This document shows positions 26,744-37,584 of a stretch of 64,000 bases of DNA, one piece after another. Source of the DNA: Amoebophrya sp. A120 (taxonomy: Eukaryota > Protista > Dinoflagellata); assembly GCA_905178155.1 (NCBI GenBank), contig CAJINV010000011.1, positions 2,163,503 through 2,227,502 of the forward strand, given 5' to 3'. How positions within the stretch are numbered: the first letter of the stretch is position 1; every line of letters starts with the position of its first letter. The notes below the pieces were generated by a model. The model was not told the origin of the DNA. It saw only the letters and a list, made by a program, of their open reading frames with translations, and did no database searches. A program made the position numbers and the translations under genes.

Positions 26744-27526
26744 GTTTTGATTTACACAGATATAGATTGTTGGGTCGTGAGAAAAATAGAACTCCACAAC
26801 AAACCAGGTTGTAGCTCTTGTCATTGATTCGTATCAAAAAGGGATAAGCGGCCAACAACTACTGCTCTTTGGAAAATGTAATGTAGAGCACTATTTCATT
26901 TTGATGAATTCTTGAGTGTGCTCATTTTGTCGAGAAAAAACGGACGTTGTATTCGAAGATGCACGAGGAATAAATCTAGCGAAAATGAATACGATGATCA
27001 CGACCATATGTTGCCCGAAGAACTTTTCAAAGTAGAACCTTCACGCGAGCAAGTGTATAGTTGCACTTCTTTGATGCTGTAAGGTAAACGTCGCAAAAAT
27101 TGGAATGATCGCTAATATACTGCATTCGCATGCCTATAATTTCGTTAGTAGACACGTCGTAGTCCTCCTCGTCCTAGGGATGCTGCTGTTTTTCTCTTTT
27201 CCTGTCGGATGGAGGACAAATGCAGATAAAACTGGTGACACCTCTTTGATCATGTTCCTGCTTGTCATCGTGCGGAAGTTCTAGACTGCTAATTGCGGGG
27301 TCGTGGCTGCGAATCGATGGGGGTAGCATGAGAGTTCGGACGAGTGAAAACTCGCAAAGCGAGGGATACTACGCATACAAATCCTTGCGCAGCGTCTCAC
27401 TTTTCGGGAGACAGAGAGAGGGTTCCTTCTTCGATATCACAACATGCATCTGAGCACAAAGGATCGCTGAGCCGTCGCTGTGCTTGAGGGCAACAGCTAT
27501 TTGTTAGTGACGATGAGAAGATCTTC

Positions 27527-30500
27527 ATGCGGCCTACCGGTCAGAAGCAGAAGTGGTCTCCCGTAGAATACGGTTGTGAAACCAGTGTCTGCATCTCCTT
27601 CATAAAGATGGTTATAATCTTCGGAAAGGGCCGGCGTACCTGCCGAGATGAAATGCCGCGACACGACGACACGGGCGCTTCTGTTACACGACGTTGTCCA
27701 GCAGAGGTGCTGGAACAACGAGGCAATGCTAATGACATCCACCCGAGTAGTGCAACTACAACTACAAGTTCGAGGGAGAATCTGATAAAGCAGGAAAGTC
27801 GGGAAGGTAACGCTCCGCTTGCAGGAGCATTGATAACGCTGCACAACTCCATGAAGATGATCATACCCGGTAGTGGAGGTACTACAGCCAGAGCGTTTAG
27901 GACGTCAGGAGCCAACATCAAGAAAAGCACCACATCAAAGAATAAGTCGGCCCAACTACAAGTAGAACGCAAGGAAACTACTACTGCAAGGAACGCCACG
28001 GGTGCGACGTCCGCATTTTCATCGTGCAGAAATGCAAGATTATCGACTTATTTTCGACTTGCGACACGGAATTCTAAACGAGCTTTTTCACCATGGAACG
28101 GCTTCAGGTCGTCAACATCGTCTCCCGCAATGAAGAACCACATCGGTGCTCCTGCGCGGCAACACTACTTCCTCCTGTGGATTTGTGGGCTGGTACTGTT
28201 GGTGCAGCACCTTGCCGGAATGATTTTGCTGTCGCGTGTGTGCGAGCAGGAGCAACAGGTAGAAATAAATCTCTCTCCTCCACAACAACTACAACGCACC
28301 GGCTCGAGGACATCGCATGATCTACTCCGGGAAGATGATGATGATGAAAACACCACAATGTGGTTCATTTTTGTCCGGGCGGTACGACAAGACCCGCCTA
28401 ACATCAATCATCAGAGCGTTGTCGAGGCCGGTGGGGGCGTCCTCGTCGCGGAGGAGCAAAGCGCAGCAGCAGAAGGAGAGGAATCTTCACCCGCTTTTTA
28501 TGACCAGATCGCGGAAGATCAGAGGTTCTCACCAGTGTCAACAACATCGCCGTCTGTTTATTCGGTTAACACCTTGACGCACGAGGTCGACGAGACAGAT
28601 CAAGATGTGCTCGTGGGCGGAGGTGGGGAAAAAATTACAGTACTCGCCAGCAGCAGCAGTGTTCTGCAGGAAGAGAGAACCTCCAAACCGGAGTCAACAA
28701 CATCTCCACAATACGAACAGCAAAAATGTCTGGGTCTGGAAGGATATAACCTGTCATGCTAATTCTGGATACTTAGTGCAAAAATCTGTGTTGCGTGATT
28801 ACCAAAAGCTGCCTACTTGTTTTGACCAAGTTGAGAGGCAATTTCTCATGCAGGCGAGGCATGATAGAGGTCGCGCAGAATCTGTCATGCTAGATCATGC
28901 ATGACAGACCTCATGCGTCTTGGAAAACCTGCATGACAAGTCTTGCAACCCTTCAGACCCAAACATTTTTGCAATTCATACACAACTACATGAAGAGGAC
29001 GAAGTTCATCTTCTGTCGCCCAGCGGGACGAGAACTGATGCAACGAAGAACTTGGAAAAGGTCCACGAAGATGACCTCGGATCTTCAACTGCTGCTGGCG
29101 CAGGAGCCCAGAATGCGACAGTAGTGCAGATCATCTCGCCCCTCTTCCAGAATGGTGTCACGTCCATGCTACAGCTGATAGAGGAAGGTCCAGTCTTCTT
29201 CCCAGGGGCTGCGGAGGGAAAATCTATCCTGGAATTGATGCAGCAGCCACCGGGTACCACAAAGAACAAGCAAAAGCGTACAAATACTCCCAAAAAAAGT
29301 CACCGGAATAGTAAAAGAGAAGAGAAGAAACGGGCGCAGCATCATCATCACCATCATCATCATCATCATAAATCGCAAACAGAAGGAGCATCTACATCTG
29401 GGACAGCGATGGAGACAAGTACAAAGGACACAAGCCAGTCCCCCGAACAAAAACCGGAGGGAGACATCAAAGCGGACCAGCAGGGGGGAAGGGAGAGCGG
29501 AGAAGAAGTGTATCTTAGACAAAAACGTCCCCGCGTTATAGTCAAAATAAGGAATCTGCTAGTACACACATTGACTCAACACAAGATTTGGCAGCTGTCG
29601 CGCATGACAAGTTTTGGCACGTAGTGTAGTTGTCCTGTTTAGCTCTGGCGCAGCCGCATGACAAATCGACTACTTTATGCCGTCGATTCCAGCATGACAA
29701 CCTCTCCAATAGCATGAAAAAATGGTCCTCGTGGGGGTGCGCATGAGAAACGTTTCAGGCTTGCAGATTTGCATGACAAGTCTCCGCAGGTGGGGACGTT
29801 TTATTTTGCACAGGATAAAGCGAACAAAGACAAACCGGAGGAGAACGGCGCGGACAACGTTCACCATGACGGGCACGCTGAATCCTTTGTACCAAATGTA
29901 AAAATGTCTGGGTCTGGAAGAATTCATGTTTGTCATGCTTGTCTGGCATGACTCTTAAATCTGTCATGCACGTTTCCCAAGAGCTCCGCTTTTCTGTGGT
30001 GCAGCGGCGCAGTTTGTCATGCAGAATAGGCAACACCTAGGAGCTCAGAAACTTGTCATGCTGAGCCAGCATTTGTAGCCTCATCATGAGACGCCACCCA
30101 GCATCACAAGTTCCCAGACCCAGACATTTTTACATTTGATCCTTTGCGGTCACGTACGAAAAGCTGCAGAAAGGGTGCTTATTGAGAGGAAAAATCCCCC
30201 CTCCCCATATTGAAAGAGTTTGTTTCCAAAGATTTGTGTTGCGGATTTGAGGTCACAAATCACATCTGTCTTGCAAGAAGACAAGGGCAGAAGCTTCCGC
30301 CCCATTATGGAGGCGGTTTGTCATGCTGTTGGGCCTAAAGGGTGGCCGTTTGCCATGCTGAACTACTAGACCCATACGCCCCTACCTAGCCTGGGGATCT
30401 GGCCGCAGTGCCTCTCTGCAATACAAAGCTGATTTGTGGTCACGAATCTGCATCACAAATTTCCGTTTTGATATGGGGAGGGGGGATTTTTCATTTTGAT

Positions 30501-33500
30501 AGTGCTACACGATAAACGATGACGTAGGACGCCTCTCTCGAGCCCGGGAAATGATCGCGACCGCACGCGTATGCATTGCAAATATGATGTCTGGGTGTCT
30601 GAAAAATTGGAACTTGTTTTGCATGTTTTGCATGGCTGACAAATCTGCATTGCACAGCCAGCAAAGGCGCCACTTTTTCGTCATGCAAAAACTCAGTTTG
30701 TCATGCGTGCTATGCATCAGACTGCGTCACGTAAAAAACCCGTCGTGTTTATTGGCTGCGCCTGCACTTCAGAGCGCCAGACTTATCCATGCTTTAGCAT
30801 CAGAAGTTTCCTCCAAAGGACCCAGATCGATGTTTGCACTGCATAACGCGTGCGAGTGTCCGCGGCGAGCGACTGCGAGGAAGGCAAGGATTGTATGGAG
30901 GGAATGGGTGAAAATCTTACGTGCAATTGGGTGTTTGACAACATTGCGTGGACCAATCACCACAATTGGGAGAAGTGTGCGAAGCTGTCCGATCGGGTTT
31001 CGCACGAGATCGGGTGCGAGCCCGTGCCCGCCGGAAAAGGCGCCATTACCCGGCCGGGGTTCATCCGTCTGCCCGTGCACGCGCTGAACTTCGGGGGACT
31101 GGTGCGGGACCTGATGAAGCCGCTCCTGGCGATATTACAGTTAAAGATGCCCCCACCCCCACAGTTGCAAAAATTTGTGATGCGAAGTTCCCAAAGGTAA
31201 ACTTTTTGTCATGCGTGAAAGGAGTATGAATCTTTCTGATGCAGCAGGGTCTAGGCGTATATCGCAACGCTTGCATGACGAGCGCCGCTCGTGCTGGGAT
31301 CTTTTGCAATGCAAATTTTTGCTATTCGCGATTGGAAATCGATGCAAGAGGGCGAATGTTTCTTTTGGAAAGGTTTGCAATACAAATGCTCCCGAGTTCG
31401 GGAAAGGGGGCATTTTTGATTGTAATAGGCGAGAATGGGCGCGGCGATGTCCGAGGGCAGCAGCAGCAGCGCTTCCTCCTTCGTGGCAGTCACGCAGGGA
31501 GAGCAGATGCAGCAGGGCGAGAAAAAATTTGTCGGGTGGGTGACCGAAAAGTGGCGCAACGCGACCAGTTCGGTGGGCTTTTCGTGGTATCCCTCCTCGA
31601 TCTGGAGAGCGGCGGCCGAGTTTTTTTCAAGACAAACGAAGCGAGTGCTGCACCCCATCGAGCACATCAAAGACGAAATGGGCAACTTTTTCAACCAGCG
31701 CATCCCGCCGTTAATTTCAGCGTTGCTGTCTTCCCATCTGGTGATGTTCATTGACATGTTGGACGTGGACGGCAGCGGCGAAGTGTGCCCGAACGAGATC
31801 AGTCAGATATCAAAACGAAAAATCCCCCCTCCCCATATCAAAAAGGAAATTTGTGATGCTGATTTGTGACCACAAATCTACTTGTATTGCTAGAAGGCCA
31901 AAAGACGCGGCTGTTCCTTCGTTTGCAGGAAATTTGTCATGCTGTTTCCCCCTTTCCAGTTGCTTCCTGTCATGCTGAAGACGCAAAGTTTTCCCACGCC
32001 AGCCAGCACTAAAATCTGGATCTCTTCCCTTCTAGCATGACAACGTGATTGGTGATCACAAATCATGCTATACAAATCTCCCTTTGAGTATGGGGTGGGG
32101 GGATTTTTCATTGTAATATCAGAAGGTCCTGGAAGAGTTCGAGGCCCGCGTGATCGACCCGCTGGTGGAGGCGTTCGGGGTACCAAATGTAAAAATGTCT
32201 GGGTCTGGAAGAGTGCCATTTTTAGCATGCATATTTTGCATGACACATTATGCCTGTAATGCATGGCCTAGCATCAGAGATCTTGAGAGGGCTTTCTGGT
32301 GCGTATTCCGCATGAGAAATGCCCTCTCGCCGTGGCAAAAACTGGGCCTCTTTTGCTGTTCATGCAATACAGATTTTTGTAACATCCAAATGCAGCATCA
32401 CAAGTTGCATTCTTCCAGACCCAGACATTTTTGCATTTGATACGGGGCCGTGAAACTGGGGCCGCTTCCCGTCGGCGAACTAGTGGCGTCCCCCCTGCGT
32501 CGCTTGTGGAACGTGGCCGCGAGCCAGTTTGCGGTGTTCTTGGACACCCGCCTGGGCTACGTGTTGAACGAAGTCTCGCGCACGCTCGTCTTCTCCCTGG
32601 ATCATGCCAAAAAAACTGGGACGAGCGCGGTGGCAGAACTGGAAGCGGGCACAACGGATATCATGCAGCTTATGGATGTGTCAGGATCGAAATCGTCAGA
32701 GTTGAAATAGTTTGTCATGCATAATATGCAACGCAGAAATTGCCTCTCTTGCAGAGGACGCAAGGGAGGCAGATTGTAGTACTGGTTAGGGTCGAGAATT
32801 GGGCTGCTGATTAGCATCACAGAGGGGAGCCCCTTTGCCCTAAACAGCATGACAAATAATTGGCCTCCCGTACGGACAAAATTTGTCATGCACCGACTAC
32901 AAACTGTAGGTCTAAGTGGTATCCGTTGTATGCATCACAAATCATTTCAACTTTGACGATTTCAATCCTGACAGTTCCATAGAGCTCGTGCTCTTCGAGC
33001 TGCTTTTCCCGGACGCGGTGCACGGCAAGGAGGACGGGGGGAAGGCCGCGCTGGGACGGTTTCGCGATGGAACGCAGAAAATGTGGTGCATGACCACGCC
33101 GGCCGCGCTCATAGACAGAGCAAAGGACCTGGCTGCGAGCGCCAAGAAGATTCTGCGCACGCCGCTCAGCGAGCGGAAACTGGTGAAAAAGATGGATCCG
33201 CGGGTGTACGAAAAGATGGCTAAGATGGAGAGCACCGAGCTGTACGCGGTGATGATGCGAGTGAGAACGGTGCTGCGCCGCGCGATTGCCAACCCGAAAC
33301 TGCTCACCGAGCTGCAGGAACTCGTGAAGGCGTCCTTTCACCGGGAGCAGGAGAAGGTCAAGGAGAGGGACAAAGCGGTCACGGTGCTGCAAATCGGCGA
33401 CGAAGTGGTAGCGGGAAATATGTTGATGAAAGCAGGTACGAACGCTGCTGCTCTCTTTAATACTGGTCGTACTACAGGGGAGCAGCAGGTGGGGGTGAAC

Positions 33501-36500
33501 CTCGGTGGCTGGTGGACGAGCAGCACACCAGCAGCAGAGGAGGAGCCAGAAGGCGAAGAACATGCTGTTGGTTTATCGACGCTGGAGCTGTTTGAAGATG
33601 CGACAGCACCCGCTGCGCCGGGTGTTGTGCCGGAATTTGTCACGGCCTATGACAAGCTGAAGCAATCCTGTTACAGTGTGGACGACGACGATCGGGTGGG
33701 GCGCGTGAAGCAGCTCCTGGCCACGGCGGAAGCGGCGCACTCGATCAAGGAGGGCATGCAAAAGGGCGAGGGGGGTGAGATGAAGCAGTGCGAGTGGGTG
33801 TTCGACAACGAAGCGTGGACAGTGGGGGATAACTTTGACGAGTGCGCAGAGTTGTCGGAACAGATCTCGGAAGCGCTCGGCTGCCCCCGACTGGCAGCGA
33901 AAGCGGAAATTATCGCAAACTCTGGCTTCATCCGCATGCCGGTGCTGGAGCTGAATTTCGCAGGTCTTGTCAACGACGTGCTGACGCCACTGTACATATC
34001 CCATAGAAAAAAGCAGGCAGGTCATGTTTGTCATGCAAAATAGATACGCAGAAAAAATTTTTCTGCGTATCTATTTTTTCATAAATCTGGGGCTACTACA
34101 TAAATCTGGGGCCGCCCATGACAGATTTTTCAAAAATCTGTCATGGGCGGCCCCGTAGCGTTCTGTCTAGGATGCGCAATACAGATGTTTTATTTTTGCA
34201 TTACAAATGATATGACCTACCTGCTTTTTTCGGTGGGATAGTACAAGTCGGTGAAAAAGAAGATTTACCAGGGCGCGGGGGAGCTGCTGAAGGTGGCGGA
34301 AACGTTTTTTGTGCGCAACGTCCCGCGCCTCGTGTCCGCACTTATGTCCTCGCACCTGGCGCTCTTCATCAGTCTGCTGGACGCGGACGAGAGCGGGGAG
34401 GTCTGCCCTAACGTATCAACTGCAAATATGTCTGGGTCTGGAAGAACGCCAGACTTGTCATGCAGGTTTTCCATGACCCATGAGGTCTGGTATGTAGGAC
34501 CTAGCGTGACAGCTTTTGAGATAGTTCTATGATGCCTATTCTGCATGAGAAACTGTGTCTCGATTAGGTCACACGTGGACAGCTTTTGGTAATCATGCAA
34601 CACAGATTTTTACATGATTCAGATTTAGCATGACAACTTCCAACCTCCGAGACCCAGACATATTTGCAATGCATACAACGAGGTGAGCGACAAGATCATC
34701 GAGGAGTTCGAGAAGCGTGTTATCCTGTGTGAAAACGTCCCCATCCCATAGTAAAGATAGGAAAGGTGCTGGACAAATCCGCCAGCTTAGGGTGTTGCGC
34801 ATGACAAGTCTGGGCTCGGAATGTGCAACTAGTCGCATTTAGCTAGTGCAGCAGCATCACAAATTTAGTGTCCCATGCTGATCATAGCATTACGGCACTA
34901 CGTAAAAAATGCCTCTCATGGGGCTCCGCATGAGAAACATTTTCAGCATGCAAATTTGCATATACAACTATGGGTTGGGGGGGTTTTAAACAGGACGCGC
35001 GTGATCACCCCCCTCCTGGCGTTGTTTTCCGGGATCAGCCTGGGGGGGATCGCTATCGGCGAGCTCGTTGTGGCGCCCCTGCGGTCCTTTTGGAAAGTCG
35101 CCGCCTCGGATATTACAATGAAAAATGCCCTCGCCCCAGAGCCAGAACTTGGGAGCATTTGTGTTGCAAGCCTTTATTCCAATGGAAACACTCGCCGTCT
35201 ATTGCATGTATCAGCATCACAGATTTTCAATTGTGAATTATTGAAAAAATCTGTATTGCAAAAGATCCCAGCTGGAAGAGCGGCGCTATCATGCAAGCGA
35301 TGCTGTATCCTCCTACGACTAGACTCTGCATTAGAAAGATTCACAGTCTTTTCATGCAAGACAAAAAGTTTTGATTTGGAAGCTTCGCATCACAAATTAT
35401 TGCGGTGAGGTGCCCTTACAGGTTGTGTAGTGGTTTCGGTCAGTTTAGTATCACAAATTATTGCAACTTTCTGGGTGGGGGCGTTTTTCACTGTGATATC
35501 GGAGTTTGGCGTGTTTTTGGACATCCGGCTGGCGGACCTGATGAACGATGTGGCGTACGCGATTCTGGTCTCGTACAATCCTATGCACAGCGTGCAGCTG
35601 AAGCTGCAGGATCGTGGGCAACTGAATCTCCACTTGCCGACGAAAATGGACGCGGATAGTCGTGCCGTGCGGTTGGTTATCCAGAGAAAAAAGTGTTACA
35701 GTTACACATTGTATTGCAAGACCGGCAACACAGACAACCTTTCTCATGCAGGAAATCCTTAGGAGCCTCGTTTCCTTCCTGTTTAGCCTTATGATCTTCG
35801 CATTACAAGTTTTCTCTGACACACAGAGAAAATTTGTGATGCAGAAACTCCAACAAATGTGTAACTGTATACACTTTTTTCTCGTGATATTGGTGCTCCT
35901 GGAACTTTTGTTCCCGGATCACATTCGCGGCAAAGATTCCGACGCGCGCATGAAGGTGCTGAAGAGCTTTGAGGATCCGAGGAAAGGGACGAAAATGTGG
36001 TGTATGCCGACACCGACGGCGATCGCCCAAAGTGGGAAGAAATTGATAGAGGACGTCAAGTATCATTCTGCAAAATGTATATAGTGTAATATCGTAGCAA
36101 GCATGTATAGTACAAATGTAATTGTAAGAAAGTACAGCATGACATTACAGCATTACAAATTTTTCGGTGTCTCGTAGATGCATTGATTTCAACGACGATA
36201 AAATCCATTTTGCGGTGCATATCAAGGAGAAACTGGAGCACCCGGAAGAAATTACCGACGTGGAAAGAAAATTTCAGGAGAAGCTGCAATTCGTGCCCAA
36301 TTACCTCTTCAAAGTGCTTGGCCAAGTGACCGCAACGATCCGGGAAAAGGTCGCCAGTGCGGAAAACCGCGCTCATATCCTGAGCAAAAGCGTCGCCATC
36401 CGACAGTTGAGATGGCGACATTGGTACAGAAAGCAGCAAGCTTTGGCTGTTGTTGCGCATGACAAGCTTGGGTTCGTAGAAGTGTACTTAGTCCTGTTTA

Positions 36501-36772
36501 TTAGCTATTGGATCCGACTGAGAAATCGACTACCTTATCCTTATTCCAGAACGACTACAAATCCCTAATCAGCATTACAACATGCTCCTCAACATGGTGT
36601 TCTTGCGCATGAGAAACATGGTAGGCGTGCTACTTTGCATGACATCGATCTCTGCTGCTCTGGGGTCGACGTGGGGACGTTTTTGCTCTTGATCGCGGAG
36701 CTGAAGTGGATGCTGCGGAATGCGCTGAGCGCGGCAAACCCTAACATGGGGAAGAGCACGGATGAGGATTGA
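27527..36772 (+). CDS. Large hypothetical protein: hydrophobic segment, His tract and two tandem homologous domains each with an EF-hand-like loop; split by 16 introners
   Basis: Frame is continuous after removing all 16 elements. Domain copies align: CNWVFDNIAW/CEWVFDNEAW, GFIRLPV/GFIRMPV, LDVDGSGEVCPNE/LDADESGEVCPNE, ELLFPD/ELLFPD, KMWCM/KMWCM. Start codon uncertain (could be the ATG at 28130). Confidence 0.75.
28712..28980. mobile_element. Introner, TIR family A
   Basis: Left end TAC variant; DR CACAA; removal gives TSPQ-LHEED. Confidence 0.9.
29511..29817. mobile_element. Introner, TIR family B
   Basis: DR AAGTG/AAGCG; removal gives GEEV-NKDKP. Confidence 0.88.
29890..30141. mobile_element. 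Introner, TIR family A
   Basis: Ends TAC...ATC; DR CTTTG; removal gives AESF-AVTYEKL. Confidence 0.9.
30180..30501. mobile_element. Introner, TIR family C
   Basis: DR GTGCT; removal gives QKGC-YTIND. Confidence 0.93.
30570..30845. mobile_element. Introner, degenerate TIR family A
   Basis: TATGCATTGCAAA ... TTTGCACTGCATA; DR ACGCG; removal gives ATAR-VRVSA. Confidence 0.88.
31133..31427. mobile_element. Introner, TIR family E
   Basis: TATTACAGTTAAAGATGCCCCC ... GGGGGCATTTTTGATTGTAATA; DR GGCGA; removal gives PLLA-RMGAA. Confidence 0.92.
31808..32118. mobile_element. Introner, TIR family C
   Basis: DR TCAGA; removal gives EISQ-KVLEEF. Confidence 0.93.
32181..32442. mobile_element. Introner, TIR family A
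   Basis: Left end TAC variant; DR CGGGG; removal gives EAFG-AVKLG. Confidence 0.93.
32671..32981. mobile_element. Introner, TIR family D
   Basis: DR CAGCT/GAGCT; removal gives IMQL-VLFELLFPD. Confidence 0.92.
33997..34240. mobile_element. Introner, TIR family F (single copy here), with two internal perfect palindromes
   Basis: TATCCCATAGAAAAAAGCAGGCAGGTCAT ... ATGACCTACCTGCTTTTTTCGGTGGGATA; DR GTACA; removal gives TPLY-KSVKK. Confidence 0.92.
34414..34675. mobile_element. Introner, TIR family A
   Basis: DR TAACG/CAACG; removal gives VCPN-EVSDK. Confidence 0.92.
34721..34997. mobile_element. Introner, TIR family B, right end eroded (CAGGACG)
   Basis: DR CGTGT/CGCGT; removal gives EKRV-ITPLL, matching the paralogous EARVIDPL. 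Confidence 0.85.
35111..35498. mobile_element. Introner, TIR family E (opposite orientation to 31133)
   Basis: DR TCGGA; removal gives VAAS-EFGVF. Confidence 0.92.
35678..35889. mobile_element. Introner, TIR family G (single copy here)
   Basis: TATCCAGAGAAAAAAGTGTTACAGTTACACATT ... AATGTGTAACTGTATACACTTTTTTCTCGTGATA; DR TTGGT; removal gives VRLV-LLELLFPD. Confidence 0.92.
36061..36221. mobile_element. Short (161 bp) introner, TIR family H
   Basis: TATCATTCTGCAAAATG ... CATTTTGCGGTGCATA (imperfect TIR); DR TCAAG; removal gives EDVK-EKLEH. Confidence 0.8.
36376..36694. mobile_element. Introner, TIR family B, degenerate right end and DR
   Basis: TATCCTGAGCAAAAG ... GGGGACGTTTTTGCTCTTGATC; DR GCTCA/GCGGA; removal gives NRA-(Q/E)LKWMLR. 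Confidence 0.78.
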
Positions 36773-37584
36773 GTTGGACCTGATGATATATTCAAAAAAT
36801 GTCGTGGTCGAATGCAAGGAAATGTGCCGATGAAAACACACGACGAGTCGCAATTTATAGAAATTTGGTGATTATGGCGGATTTCTAATTTTCAAGCGTA
36901 AAAGTAAAACGAAAATTCCGACGAAGTCTTCGAGGCTGTTAGTTTATCTAGATAGCTCGTCCACGACTGACAACGCAGTAGTCTTGATTAGGAGAGACTT
37001 CTGAGCTTATAGTATCACACTAAATCGTAATCGACAATGATCGAGGTGATATCAAGGATGTGAATCTGATTATATGTTTCATCCGCCAAAATAGAAATTG
37101 TCAGGAAAGAAAACCAGAAAGATCGACGAGTCAACATCTTCCATCCCCCCCATCTCGTTTTATTTCCGTGTGGAAAAATTATGCCGAAAATGTTGTTCCC
37201 GTGCGGGTGCGCGTGCATCACTCAAAAAAGTTGTTCACATATACTGAATCAATCAGCATAAAGCTACAAGCTCTTGTGCGGATCAGCTATGGACGGAAAG
37301 GTAAAGAAGTGATCAGTTCTCATCTTCAAGAATTTTTGCAATAGCAGCTACATCGATCGAATCTTTTTTACGTATTGATGACATGCCTTGTTTCATTTTC
37401 ATGTACTTGCTTGTTCACAGGCGGCATCTAACTCGGGACATAGAAAATAAATTAATACACACATTGTAGTTTCACCTAACAGACATAGGCGAGACCTTGT
37501 TTGGCGACATTTTTGTATTGTACCGCGGTGGCAGTTAATATTTCCTTTTTTTTGTCGTCCTTATGTCCCACGATTTACTTCCCT

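Noticed and set aside
28712-36694. CRISPR array or integron cassette array
   Set aside because: Repeats are inverted pairs of mixed families and the intervening segments are in-frame exons; no cas or integrase gene; eukaryotic intron context.
23168-36772. Genes as transposon-disrupted pseudogenes
   Set aside because: Reconstructed exons have no stops or frameshifts, and catalytic and paralogous motifs are intact.
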